32,000 nucleotides of DNA from Gemmata obscuriglobus (lineage in GTDB: Bacteria > Planctomycetota > Planctomycetia > Gemmatales > Gemmataceae), in assembly GCF_008065095.1 (NCBI RefSeq), contig NZ_CP042911.1, positions 5,640,001 to 5,672,000 of the forward strand, read 5' to 3'. The position numbers were made by a program, and so were the translations under genes. Under the pieces are notes generated by a model. That model had not been told where the DNA came from. It saw only the letters and a list, made by a program, of their open reading frames with translations, and searched no databases. Positions 1 to 8,727 of the stretch are shown in pieces; positions within the stretch are counted from its first letter, which is position 1; every line of letters starts with the position of its first letter.

Positions 1-847
1 CGTTTGGCCTCGGACCGTCCGCTCACGCGTCAACTGGAAGCCCTGCTTCACCCCCGCCCACGTCGGCGAGCACGTCAGAATCGAGGTCGTTTGCAGCGTC
101 CGCTTCTCGATGCGGCCGTGACCCTTATCGACGGTCGTGGCGATGCGGCTCGGGGCGGGCGGAGGCCGATCCCCAGGGGGAAGTGGCCGCCGCGATCGAT
201 CGGGCGGCGGTCTCGAAGGCGAACCCGGCTCGGATGTCGATCCCCAATCCGGGTTGGTTGTCCTTCACCGTGAGCACGTAGTCGCCGCCGGCCCCGACCA
301 CCTCCTCGGCCAGGTCTCGCTGGCAGAACATGGCGTCGCCGACCACGACCTTCCCTCGCAGCGGCAGAATGCCGAGGAGCGTCAAGGCGGCCTTGTGCTC
401 GTTGGTGCTCGCATCGACCTTGACCTGGGCGAGTACGGCACCGACGGTGGGGGCGTATGCGGCCAGCAGGTGCTGACCGGGGATCGCGCCGTTGCGAGAG
501 CCTCGAAGGGTCTTGCCGTCGATGGAGATGTGTGTGAAGGCGGCCGGGTCGACGCGGCTGGCGATCCAGTACGAGAGGACGTGCTCCAGTTGGTCGGCGT
601 CGAAGCGTCGCAGGGTGCGGGAGAGCGTGGAAACGGCCGGGGTCTTGCCGCGTCGGAAGCCGAGGGCATGGGCGAGGGCGGGTCCGTGCTGTCGCCCGAA
701 GCGAGCGATGCCATTGAGGCTGGTGCGCCCCATGAGCATGGCGAGGGCGACGAGTCCGAGGAAGGGGGCGAGTGGGTGGATAAGGCCGTGCTTGCTGCGG
801 GGATCGGGAACCGCCGCCAGGGCATCGACCAGGGTGCAAGGAGACAT
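1..847 (-). pseudogene. ISAs1-family (H-repeat-associated) DDE transposase, apparently frameshifted; 3' end runs off the left window edge
   Basis: The minus ORF from ATG 847 reads MSPCTLVDALAAVPDPRSKHGLIHPLAPFLGLVALAMLMGRTSLNGIARFG...IDGKTLRGS...GDAMFCQRD...TVKDNQ, which is the ISAs1 layout. This frame stops at TAA 125-127. The expected downstream motif DKGHGRIEKRTLQTTS is readable in a different minus frame from 129 to the edge. A frame change must therefore lie roughly between 130 and 200. Confidence 0.7.
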
Positions 848-1361
848 GGGTACCTTCCTGGCTGCGAGAAGGCGCCCCACATAGCCACGTTCCCTCGTGT
901 AAGCAAGGTGAAATAAGGAAAGGCCCTGGGTTGCAGGCCGGGCCGACTCGTCGGAGTTGCGCGTCCCGGGCCTGGACACGCAAACGCTCTCCGTCACGGA
1001 GTTCGTCGGAGCGGACGCGGGCACCCCGACGCACGACATGCTGCGGTGGATCGGCACGCAGGGTGAGACGGAAGCGTGGTCGGCAACCGTCACCGCCACG
1101 ATACCCGATTGGCCCAATTGTTCCGGCCACTTCCTGTTCTGCCACCGGGTCACGATGCACCAGTCCCCGGTGACCTTTCTTGAAGGACTGACTCTAGTAG
1201 TTTCAATTTCGCCACGTGTATGCGACACTCATCTGCTGACCGAAGCGGTTCGACCATGGCTCGTCGAACCGCCTCCGTCAGCAGGTGGGAGTATGCTCGG
1301 CGTACTGCGGACGCTCAGCCGATCGCCGAGGCCGCGCGAACTTGAAACGACAGGGCTCAGC

Positions 1362-3173
1362 ATGAACCGCGCATGGACGCTGGCCGCTTTCGTCACCGTG
1401 GCGGCCGCCCTTCTCACCGCACAGGCCAGCGGCCAGCCGAAGCCGCCCGCGGCCGTGCCGGCGGTGGCCGACCCGCTGCGGACCGCGCTGGAGAAGCGGG
1501 GCTACGTCGCCGTCCCGCTCAGCGAAGACGAGGGGCCACGGTTCACGGTCGCATGCCGGGTCGGCAACAAGCCGTGTCGGTTGCTCCTCGACACGGGGGC
1601 GGAGACATCCACGCTCGACGCGGCCTTTGTCAAGAACCTCGGCCTGAAGCCCGGGGGCGAACTCCCGTCCGTCGGCATCGGAGGTATCGAGAAGGGCCAT
1701 GAGGTTTCCGTTCGGGGACTGTTGATCGGCGACTTCGATACGAGGACCATGGCCCACACCCTGCCCCTCCGATCTGTCGATCTTTCGGCCCGCAACCCCG
1801 CCCGGGACCGTCGCAAGCACGAACGGATCGAAGGAGTCTTGGGCGACGGGGGTTTGAAGCTGACCGCCGCAGTCATCGACTACCCCAACCGAACACTCTA
1901 TTTGCGCACGCCGCTCGCCGGCCTGTGGCCCGAAATCGAGGGGCGGTGGGTCGCGACCGGCGGTCAGGAGGACGGGCGCGTGCGGCCGATCGACCCAAAA
2001 GCCCCTCCCCGACTGGAGTTCAAGGACCGACGGCTCTACCTCACCGACGGGACCAAACGGCACACCTTCGGCCTTCACGTCAGACCGGAGGCGGATCACT
2101 ACACGTTGGTTTTCTTCGACCCCGAGAAGGAACTCGCCAAGGAGCTGAAGTACGAGGCCGGCGGGTTGTTGAAGGTGTCGGGCGGCAAGCTAACGGTTTG
2201 CCTCTGTCTCGACCCGCTCAAGGCGAAAAAGGGCGAAGAGTTCCCAGAGGATTTCAAGACGGCGACCGGTAGCGGTCACCTTCTATTGGAATTCCAGCGC
2301 GAGAACGCGGCCGGTCGGCCCCTTGCGGCACCCGATCCGCTGCGGACCGTGCTGGAAAAGCGGGGCTACGTCGCAGTCCCGCTCACCGAGGAGGAAGGCG
2401 GGTGGGGTTTCATCGTCGGGTGCAAGTGCGGAACCGAAGCCGCCCGCCTGCTCCTCGATACGGGCGCCGAAGTTTCCGCCCTGGACGCGAGCGTGGTCAA
2501 GAAGTTGGGACTGAAGCCCGGGCGGGAGGTCACCGGAGTGGGCACCGGGGGCGAGCTAGACGGCGCAGAAGTCTCCCTCCGGGGTCTGTCGCTCGGTGAC
2601 TTCGACACGAGAACCACGACCGACACGATCACGTTGGCCGCGTTCGACTTTTCCGCCATGAATAACGCATTAGTCCAACGCCGCAAGGCGCGGCCGATCA
2701 ACGGGCTCTTGGGCCAGGCGCACCTGCGATCTTACGCCGCGGTCATCGACTACGCGGCCCCCGCTCTGTACCTGCGGACGCCCCTGGCCGGGCTGTGGCC
2801 GGCGGTCGAGGGGCGGTGGGTGGCGACCGAAGGACAGGAGGACGGCCGGGCGCGTCCGATCGACGCCGCGGCCCCTCCCAGACTGGAGTTCAAGAACCGC
2901 ACTCTCCAATTGACCGACGGGAAGAAGCAGTATCGCTTTGGCGTTCACGTCCTACCGGTCAAAAACGGCCACGCGATGTGGCTCTTCGATCCCGAAAAGG
3001 AGTTGGCCAAGGAGTTGGACTACCAAGCGGTCGGCATTTTGAAGGTCGTTGATGGCCGGCTCACGGTGTGCCTGTGCTTGGATTTGGCAACGGCCGCCAA
3101 GGGGATGCCCGACGACTTCAAAGCTCCGGCCGGCAGCGGTCGCCTCGTGTTGGAGTTTCGGCGCGAGAAGTGA
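1362..3173 (+). CDS. Secreted protein made of two tandem copies of [retropepsin-like aspartic protease domain + TIGR03067-like planctomycete domain]
   Basis: ATG 1362 gives the signal-peptide-like MNRAWTLAAFVTVAAALLTAQASG. Two DTGA active-site motifs are present (LLLDTGAETSTLD and LLLDTGAEVSALD). Each is followed by a GRWVATxGQEDGR...LTVCLCLD...GSGxLxLEFxRE module typical of TIGR03067-type domains. The 957 start in the ORF track adds a non-coding-looking extension. Confidence 0.8.
   Translation: MNRAWTLAAFVTVAAALLTAQASGQPKPPAAVPAVADPLRTALEKRGYVAVPLSEDEGPRFTVACRVGNKPCRLLLDTGAETSTLDAAFVKNLGLKPGGELPSVGIGGIEKGHEVSVRGLLIGDFDTRTMAHTLPLRSVDLSARNPARDRRKHERIEGVLGDGGLKLTAAVIDYPNRTLYLRTPLAGLWPEIEGRWVATGGQEDGRVRPIDPKAPPRLEFKDRRLYLTDGTKRHTFGLHVRPEADHYTLVFFDPEKELAKELKYEAGGLLKVSGGKLTVCLCLDPLKAKKGEEFPEDFKTATGSGHLLLEFQRENAAGRPLAAPDPLRTVLEKRGYVAVPLTEEEGGWGFIVGCKCGTEAARLLLDTGAEVSALDASVVKKLGLKPGREVTGVGTGGELDGAEVSLRGLSLGDFDTRTTTDTITLAAFDFSAMNNALVQRRKARPINGLLGQAHLRSYAAVIDYAAPALYLRTPLAGLWPAVEGRWVATEGQEDGRARPIDAAAPPRLEFKNRTLQLTDGKKQYRFGVHVLPVKNGHAMWLFDPEKELAKELDYQAVGILKVVDGRLTVCLCLDLATAAKGMPDDFKAPAGSGRLVLEFRREK
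1470..3170 (+). repeat. Intragenic tandem duplication, period 864 nt (288 codons)
   Basis: gacccgctgcggaccgcgctggagaagcggggctacgtcgccgtcccgctc at 1470 is repeated as gatccgctgcggaccgtgctggaaaagcggggctacgtcgcagtcccgctc at 2334. The protein halves align colinearly to the stop codon. Confidence 0.9.
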
Positions 3174-3524
3174 TCGCAACCAGAATGGTTCGCCCCAGCC
3201 GCGGGGTGCTTCGCACCGGCCGCGATCGGATGAAACCGCATCCGATACCGCTCACCCAGGTCGGAGGTGGGCGAGTCGGTTCGGTGAACGGCTCATCCGT
3301 AGCCCATAATCCGCGGCCACGGCTTGTAGCCGCGATCACCAGCCCCCGCCGTTCACGCAGAAGCCGCTTTACTTCCCTGACATGTCAGCAACAACGTTCA
3401 GCACCCGCACGACCGATGCGCAATCGCCAAATGATCCGTGCGGGTGTTTCGAGATGGGTGATCTTCGGCGTGAACTCCGGACGCGACCGCGGCCCCAGCG
3501 AGCAGCGGTTCGTAAGCGTGCGGC

Positions 3525-4802
3525 TTACCGCAGCGGTTCAGCGTCCGTTGCAACGAGGTACGGTTTCTGAAGCCCGGTTCGGGATGTCGGCGAACCATAC
3601 ACGTTCACACGCCGCCCAAGGTAACGGTTCAGATCAACGCCCGCACCGGCGGCGACGTACAGTTCTACCACGCCTTGCGGGGTTTCGAGCATGTAGAGTT
3701 GACGGTTCGGGCCGTCCGGCGTCATGTTCGACCGCCGGAGCGTACCCGCGTGCCACCCGCCCCGCTCTTGCGGATCGGCGGCGGGGGGCAACGGCTCGGG
3801 AACCCCGACCGTCACCCGGCGCTCGCCGCTGCTGCTGGGACGCGCCACAAGTTCGTCCCGTCCCGCCGGCCGCACAGCGTTCGGCACTGGCGTCGCCGTG
3901 GCCGTGCGGGTCGTGCCGCGCTGCTTCTCGTGGATGGCGTGGACGCGGGTGAAGCACAGGGTCGCAATGTCGTAGTCGCCGTTCGTCCGGCGTATTTCCG
4001 CGGCGTACTGGTAGTAGAGCTTTTCCGCATCACTGAGCCGGTTCTCGCGCTCGGCCGCTTCCGCCTGTGCCCAAAGCGGGTGGTTCACGATGGGCTTGCT
4101 TGCGGTTGCGCTGTCGGCGGCCGCAGGTGTAACCGCGGGGCCTGGGACGGACGCAATCGCTCCACCCGCGGGCGTCGCGGACAACGGTTTCGCCCCGGCA
4201 TCCGCACCAGGGGGCAAGGGGGTTATCGTTTCGTTGACGCGAACGGTGTAGCTGCTACTTGCGGCCTTTTCGAGCTGCAATGCGGTCTTGGGCAGGTAGC
4301 GAAAGTCTCCCGCGGGCGACTGGACCATGTACCACGTTTTGCCCTGATAGGTCGCTTTCGGCCCGAGCAAGACGAGTTCCGTGCCGTGCGGGATCTTGAC
4401 GCGGCGAATGTCGAGCGGTTGGTTGACGCCGACTTTACCGGCTGCCAGAGTAACGTCGTCCCCATCGCTGTGGACGATCACGTTTCGTGGAACGGCCAGT
4501 TCGCGCGTCGGTTCTCCGCCAAGTTCGGCGCTTTCGCGGGCAGGGTCTCGAATGAAGTGGGTTTGTACCCAGCTCACGGAAGTACCGTAACTGGTTACGG
4601 CGAGCCAACCGTTCCCCTCGTCCTTTTCCACGAGGACCGTGGCGCCTTTGCGGAGCGTACCGGTATCGGGGAAGCTGTCAGTAGGGCCGGCGCGCAGTTT
4701 GACCTCTTCATCGATCACAACTGCTTTATAAGGTTGCGATTCCGCCGACGCGGTGACCGCAAAAGACAGCGCGAGCAACCCGACGAGCGGGATTCGGAGC
4801 AT
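3525..4802 (-). CDS. Secreted SH3b-domain protein (hypothetical)
   Basis: ATG 4802. Signal peptide MLRIPLVGLLALSFAVTASA. Bacterial SH3-like segments are present (VKLRAGPTDSFPDTGTLRKGATVLVEKDEGNGWLAV, and a second near GTELVLLGPKATYQGKTWYMVQSP). The opposite-strand ORF 3675-4859 is Arg/Gly-rich antisense noise. Confidence 0.75.
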   Translation of the reverse strand: MLRIPLVGLLALSFAVTASAESQPYKAVVIDEEVKLRAGPTDSFPDTGTLRKGATVLVEKDEGNGWLAVTSYGTSVSWVQTHFIRDPARESAELGGEPTRELAVPRNVIVHSDGDDVTLAAGKVGVNQPLDIRRVKIPHGTELVLLGPKATYQGKTWYMVQSPAGDFRYLPKTALQLEKAASSSYTVRVNETITPLPPGADAGAKPLSATPAGGAIASVPGPAVTPAAADSATASKPIVNHPLWAQAEAAERENRLSDAEKLYYQYAAEIRRTNGDYDIATLCFTRVHAIHEKQRGTTRTATATPVPNAVRPAGRDELVARPSSSGERRVTVGVPEPLPPAADPQERGGWHAGTLRRSNMTPDGPNRQLYMLETPQGVVELYVAAGAGVDLNRYLGRRVNVYGSPTSRTGLQKPYLVATDAEPLR

Positions 4803-4955
4803 GGGGGATTCTCCGGGTCAGTGCTCATGGATTCGAGCGTTACTCCACGCATACCATGACCCCGGAACCGATCAAGGTCGGTCGGCGGCGGCGCAAGGGT
4901 CCTATCCTGACGGGGACGCTCCTAACCCGGATTCTCCTTACCTCCTCGGTGCCCG

Positions 4956-5642
4956 ATGTCGAACCCCACGCTCGCCGAACTTGCGCGCATGTTCGATCAC
5001 TCACTGCTCCAGCCGAACTTGACCGACGCGGACCTGGAGCGCGGTTGCCTGCTGGCGCGCGAGTTGGGAGCCGCGTCGGTGTGCATCAAGCCCTACGCCG
5101 TTCGCCTCGCGGCCAAACTGCTCGCGGGGAGCACCGTTCAGGCGAGCACCGTCATCGGGTTCCCGCACGGCGCGCACCTTACGGCGGTCAAGGTGTTCGA
5201 GGCCGAACGCGCGATGGACGACGGGGCCACCGAACTCGATATGGTCGTCAACATCGGCAAGGTGCTGAGCGGCGAGTGGAACTACGTCGCCGACGACATC
5301 GCGGCGGTGGTGCGTGCGGCTCACGACCGGGTCGCAAAGGTGAAGGTGATCTTCGAGAACGCTTACCTGAAGGACGAACACAAGCGCGAGTTGTGCCGGA
5401 TTTGCGGCGAGGTGCGTGCCGACTGGGTGAAGACGAGCACCGGCTACGCCGAAACCGGTGCCACGATCGAAGACTTGAAACTGATGCGCGAGCACAGCCC
5501 GGCGTGGGTACAAGTAAAGGCCGCAGGCGGCGTTCGCACGTTCGAGAAGTTAATGGAGGTGCGGGCGATCGGGGTGACCCGGGTCGGCGCCACCGCGACG
5601 AAAGCCATCCTCGACGACGCGAAGGCAAAGGGCGTTGTGTAG
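4956..5642 (+). CDS. deoC: Deoxyribose-phosphate aldolase
   Basis: Full-length 228 aa match to the DeoC pattern: FDHSLLQP..., VCIKPY, VIGFPHG, ELDMVVNIG, KVIFE, VKTSTGY (Schiff-base Lys context), VKAAGGVRT. Confidence 0.9.
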   Translation: MSNPTLAELARMFDHSLLQPNLTDADLERGCLLARELGAASVCIKPYAVRLAAKLLAGSTVQASTVIGFPHGAHLTAVKVFEAERAMDDGATELDMVVNIGKVLSGEWNYVADDIAAVVRAAHDRVAKVKVIFENAYLKDEHKRELCRICGEVRADWVKTSTGYAETGATIEDLKLMREHSPAWVQVKAAGGVRTFEKLMEVRAIGVTRVGATATKAILDDAKAKGVV

Positions 5643-5648
5643 CGCCCC

Positions 5649-5930
5649 TCACGGACAAATGCGGTTCGTGGCCCCCTGCGCCTCCAGAGCCTCGAATTCC
5701 GTCTCCATCTCGTCGTAGTAATCGGATAACTGAATGTGAGCGTGCCGGGCACACCAGTCGTCAAACGGACCGAGCGCGCCCGGCTTGTCAAGCACTGATT
5801 CACCCAAGCTCACCACAAGCCGGTTCGGGCGGTGTCGGGTGGGATCGAGTACCGCCAGCGCGTCAGCAACACCGCGCGATTGGTAGGTGATGAGGTACGC
5901 AAGTGCGACACTTCGCCCTATCCGATTCAA
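5649..5930 (-). CDS. Hypothetical small protein (start uncertain)
   Basis: The 93-codon ORF is convergent with deoC. Its only full-length start is a TTG that lies inside the outer arm of the palindromic element at 5920-6050. No family was recognised. An internal GTG-GTG (VVSLGES...) would give about 55 aa. Confidence 0.3.
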   Translation of the reverse strand: MNRIGRSVALAYLITYQSRGVADALAVLDPTRHRPNRLVVSLGESVLDKPGALGPFDDWCARHAHIQLSDYYDEMETEFEALEAQGATNRICP

Positions 5931-6050
5931 GAGTAACTACTTTCTGTAGCCGGCCTCACAGAGGCCGGTGCGATACGACCGATGTCGCACCGGCCTCTGT
6001 GAGGCCGGCTACAGAATACGGCGTGCATACTCATCAACCGGATTCGGTAT
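5920..6050. repeat. Composite palindromic element: conserved outer inverted arms flanking a 30-bp perfect hairpin
   Basis: Inner arms ctgtagccggcctcacagaggccggtgcga (5944-5973) and tcgcaccggcctctgtgaggccggctacag (5985-6014) are perfect reverse complements with an 11-nt loop. Outer arms atccgattcaagagta (5920-5935) and tactcatcaaccggattcggtat (6028-6050) resemble the outer arms of the 9682-9833 element. Confidence 0.85.
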
Positions 6051-6164
6051 CACCCGCGCCCCCGAGCCGACCCGTGTGACGCGGCACGGCCTACGAGGCT
6101 CCAGCGCCGCGCGCAGGTCCGCTGCAGTGCTGATGGCAGGAGAGCGTTTCGGCTCGTCCTCCGA

Positions 6165-7586
6165 TCACCCGCGAAGCAGATCGCGGATAGGCCACACTTT
6201 CACGCACCCGTCACCGCCGGCGCTGAACAGTTTCTCCCCGTCCGCCGAAACCGCCAGCCCCGCAATCGGGCCGAGGTGCCAGTCGAACCGGGCGTGCGGC
6301 CGGAGCGAGCCCGCCTCGAAGACGTACAACTGGCCCTCGTAAGTTCCGGCGTAAACGAATTCGCCGCCCGGATCGGCCGCAACCGCCGTGACGAGTCCCA
6401 AGCGACTGGGCGGGACGGACCGGCTGCTGTTCGCGAGCAGCGCCCCGGTGGCGATGTCCAGCGCCCGAAGCCCCTGGTTCCACACGAACACCCGCCGGCC
6501 GTCGTGCGAAAAGGTGCCGAGCGGCGCCTCACCGAGGTCCATCAGCCGGCGCCCGGAGTTGATGTCGTAGACCCGTCCGGGGCTCCCACACTGCAAGAAT
6601 TGCGATCCGTCGGGCGACACCGCGCTCTGTGCGGTGCCCACGTCCGCGACGAACCCCCGCACCCGCTCGCCCGACGGCACCCGCACCAGTTCGGCGTGTC
6701 CCGTACCGGTCGTCGAGCGGTAGGCGTGAGCCAGTACGAGGTCGGGCTCCGGAAGCGTGTGGACCGCCAGCACCGCCGCCCCGAACGGGTGCTCCGTCTC
6801 GACGCGCACGGGCTGATCGCCGGAGAGGTCGAACACCGTCACCTCGTACCCGTCAGCGGCCCAGGCCCCGCCGACGATCAGGTGCCGGGCGTCGGACGTG
6901 AACCCGACGGACAGCACCCGCTGGTCGAACGTCATCGTCGTGCGGGTCCGGTCCACGATGTCCCAGTAGGAAACGCGGGTGTCGCCCTCGCGCGCCGCCA
7001 CCCGGCTCCCGTCCGGGGCGCAGGCCACCGCCCGCAGCGGTTCGCGGTCCCCGTACAGCACGCCCGGGAAGTTCGCCCGCAGCCCGTCGGGGCCGAGTTC
7101 CTCCTTGCGGTCGAAGCACGGGCCGCACATCGGCCCCATCCAGCTCAGCGACTCCGGGGTCCCTACCGCCCCGCAGCCGCACGCGCACACGACCTGTTCG
7201 GCGCCGTTCAGTGTGCGGCGGCACACGTACTCGGGGTACGCGTGGAACAGCGGCGGCCGTTTCTCAAGATCCTCCTTGTAGAGCAGCCGCTTCGCCTCGT
7301 CGTGCTCGACCCGCCGGCCACGCACCACCACGTGCTTGCGCCCGATGGCGTCGGTCCACCACGCCGCGAGCACCTGCGTCGCCGGGACGCCCCCGCGCCC
7401 GCCGCGGAACATCTGGTGCCCCTCCGGCGCGCCGGCGATCGCCCGGGCGCACTTCTTCCACCGCGCCGGGTTGTCGTCGAGCAGCCGCGACCGGCACCGC
7501 TTGTTCGCCGCCTCCGTGGCCCGCGTGATGGTTTCAACGACGGCCTCTTCGTCCGGGTCGATGAGTCGCACTTCGTGCTTGAGCAT
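6165..7586 (-). CDS. WD40/beta-propeller repeat protein with Cys-rich N-terminal region
   Basis: ATG 7586, 473 aa. The C-terminal two thirds has repeated propeller-like units ending ...LAVSADGEKLFSAGGDGCVKVW. An upstream Cys cluster reads VVCACGCGAVG...MCGPCFDRK. Confidence 0.75.
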   Translation of the reverse strand: MLKHEVRLIDPDEEAVVETITRATEAANKRCRSRLLDDNPARWKKCARAIAGAPEGHQMFRGGRGGVPATQVLAAWWTDAIGRKHVVVRGRRVEHDEAKRLLYKEDLEKRPPLFHAYPEYVCRRTLNGAEQVVCACGCGAVGTPESLSWMGPMCGPCFDRKEELGPDGLRANFPGVLYGDREPLRAVACAPDGSRVAAREGDTRVSYWDIVDRTRTTMTFDQRVLSVGFTSDARHLIVGGAWAADGYEVTVFDLSGDQPVRVETEHPFGAAVLAVHTLPEPDLVLAHAYRSTTGTGHAELVRVPSGERVRGFVADVGTAQSAVSPDGSQFLQCGSPGRVYDINSGRRLMDLGEAPLGTFSHDGRRVFVWNQGLRALDIATGALLANSSRSVPPSRLGLVTAVAADPGGEFVYAGTYEGQLYVFEAGSLRPHARFDWHLGPIAGLAVSADGEKLFSAGGDGCVKVWPIRDLLRG

Positions 7587-7736
7587 GGGTTACCGGAGCG
7601 TGGGCCACTGGCCCGCTCGCGCCCTTTCAGAATCGCCCGGAATAAACGCCGAACGCACCGCCGCCCGGCCGAAGCGCCGCGGCCCCTAGAATGACCGCGT
7701 GCCCGATGTTCATTCTAACTCCACGCGTGTATCGTC

Positions 7737-8609
7737 ATGTCTGCCGACCCCTTGTTGCAAAGTCAGGTGCCCGGACACACCCCGCGGCGCGGCAAAGTGC
7801 GCGACGTGTACGACCTCGGCGACACCCTCGTCATCGTCGCGACCGACCGCATCAGCGCGTTCGACTGGGTGCTCCCCACGCCGATCCCGGGTAAGGGCCA
7901 GATCCTCACCCAGATGACGCTGTTCTGGTTCAAGTGGCTCAACATCCCGAACCACCTCATCAGCGCGAACCTCTCTGATTTGCCGCCGGCGTTCCAGCGC
8001 GAGGAACTCGAGGGGCGCGTCATGCTCGTGAAAAAGGCCACCGTCGTGCCGGTGGAGTGCGTTGCGCGCGGCTACCTGCTGGGGTCCGTCTGGAAGGAGT
8101 ACCAGCGCCACAGCACCGTCTGCGGGCTCGCGCTCCCGAAGGGGCTGCGGCTCGCGAGCAAACTGCCCGAACCGCTGTTCACCCCCGCGACCAAGGCCGA
8201 GGACGGCGCGCACGACGAGAACATCACGTTCGAGGTGATGGCGAAAGCGGCCGGGGCCGACACCGCGGCCGAGCTGAAAGCGAAAACCCTCGACGTGTAC
8301 CGCCGCGCGGCGGCGCACGCCGAGAGCCGCGGCATCATCCTCGCCGACACGAAGCTCGAATGGGGCCGGCTCCCGAGCGGCGAGTTGATCCTGATTGACG
8401 AGGTGCTGACCCCGGACAGCTCGCGGTTCTGGCCCAAGGACCGGTACCGCGAGGGGGAATCGCCGTCGTCGTTCGACAAGCAGTTCGTGCGCGACTGGCT
8501 CGAAGCGAGCGACTGGGACAAGGCCAGCCCGCCGCCGGTGCTGCCGGAAGGGGTGGTGAACAGCACCCTCGACAAGTACCGCGAAGCGCTCGACCGGCTC
8601 ACGAGCTGA
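7737..8609 (+). CDS. purC: Phosphoribosylaminoimidazole-succinocarboxamide (SAICAR) synthase
   Basis: 290 aa with GKVRDVYD, ATDRISAFD, GKGQILT, ECVARGYL, KLPEPLFTPATKA, ILADTKLEWG, DEVLTPDSSRFW and SFDKQFVRDWL. These are hallmark PurC (long form) motifs. Confidence 0.92.
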   Translation: MSADPLLQSQVPGHTPRRGKVRDVYDLGDTLVIVATDRISAFDWVLPTPIPGKGQILTQMTLFWFKWLNIPNHLISANLSDLPPAFQREELEGRVMLVKKATVVPVECVARGYLLGSVWKEYQRHSTVCGLALPKGLRLASKLPEPLFTPATKAEDGAHDENITFEVMAKAAGADTAAELKAKTLDVYRRAAAHAESRGIILADTKLEWGRLPSGELILIDEVLTPDSSRFWPKDRYREGESPSSFDKQFVRDWLEASDWDKASPPPVLPEGVVNSTLDKYREALDRLTS

Positions 8610-8727
8610 CGTTGTTCTCGGTGCAACGCGGGCGCCCGCTCTTGGCCCCGCACACGAGAAAACTCCTCAGCAGATTGACACGCAAACCCGAAAGCGGGCG
8701 GGACGCCCGCGCTCCACAGAGAACGAC

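Noticed and set aside
209-235. GGCGAACCCGGCTCGGATGTCGATCC, resembling the left half of array repeat R6
   Set aside because: It lies inside the ISAs1 coding region on the opposite strand and lacks the right-half boxes and a GTT core. CCGGGTTCG-type strings also occur by chance in the kinase and hydrolase genes (for example at 11550 and 13000).
957-1361. 135-codon N-terminal extension of the double-protease ORF
   Set aside because: The extension lies in the ISAs1 upstream region and lacks coding character. ATG 1362 gives a clean signal peptide.
3174-3524. Possible ncRNA or tRNA in the convergent intergenic gap (12-bp palindrome CTGACATGTCAG, small hairpins)
   Set aside because: No cloverleaf or T-loop (GTTCRANNC) pattern is present and no known riboswitch features were seen. 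The hairpins are short and are consistent with ordinary terminators.
3675-4859. 394-aa plus-strand ORF
   Set aside because: It is antisense to the signal-peptide/SH3b protein gene and has an Arg/Gly-rich low-complexity translation.
4856-5890. 344-aa plus-strand ORF overlapping deoC
   Set aside because: It is an alternative frame of the clearly coding deoC gene, with an Arg-rich translation.
6276-7694. 472-aa plus-strand ORF
   Set aside because: It is antisense to the WD40 gene, Arg/Pro-rich, and has no recognisable domain.
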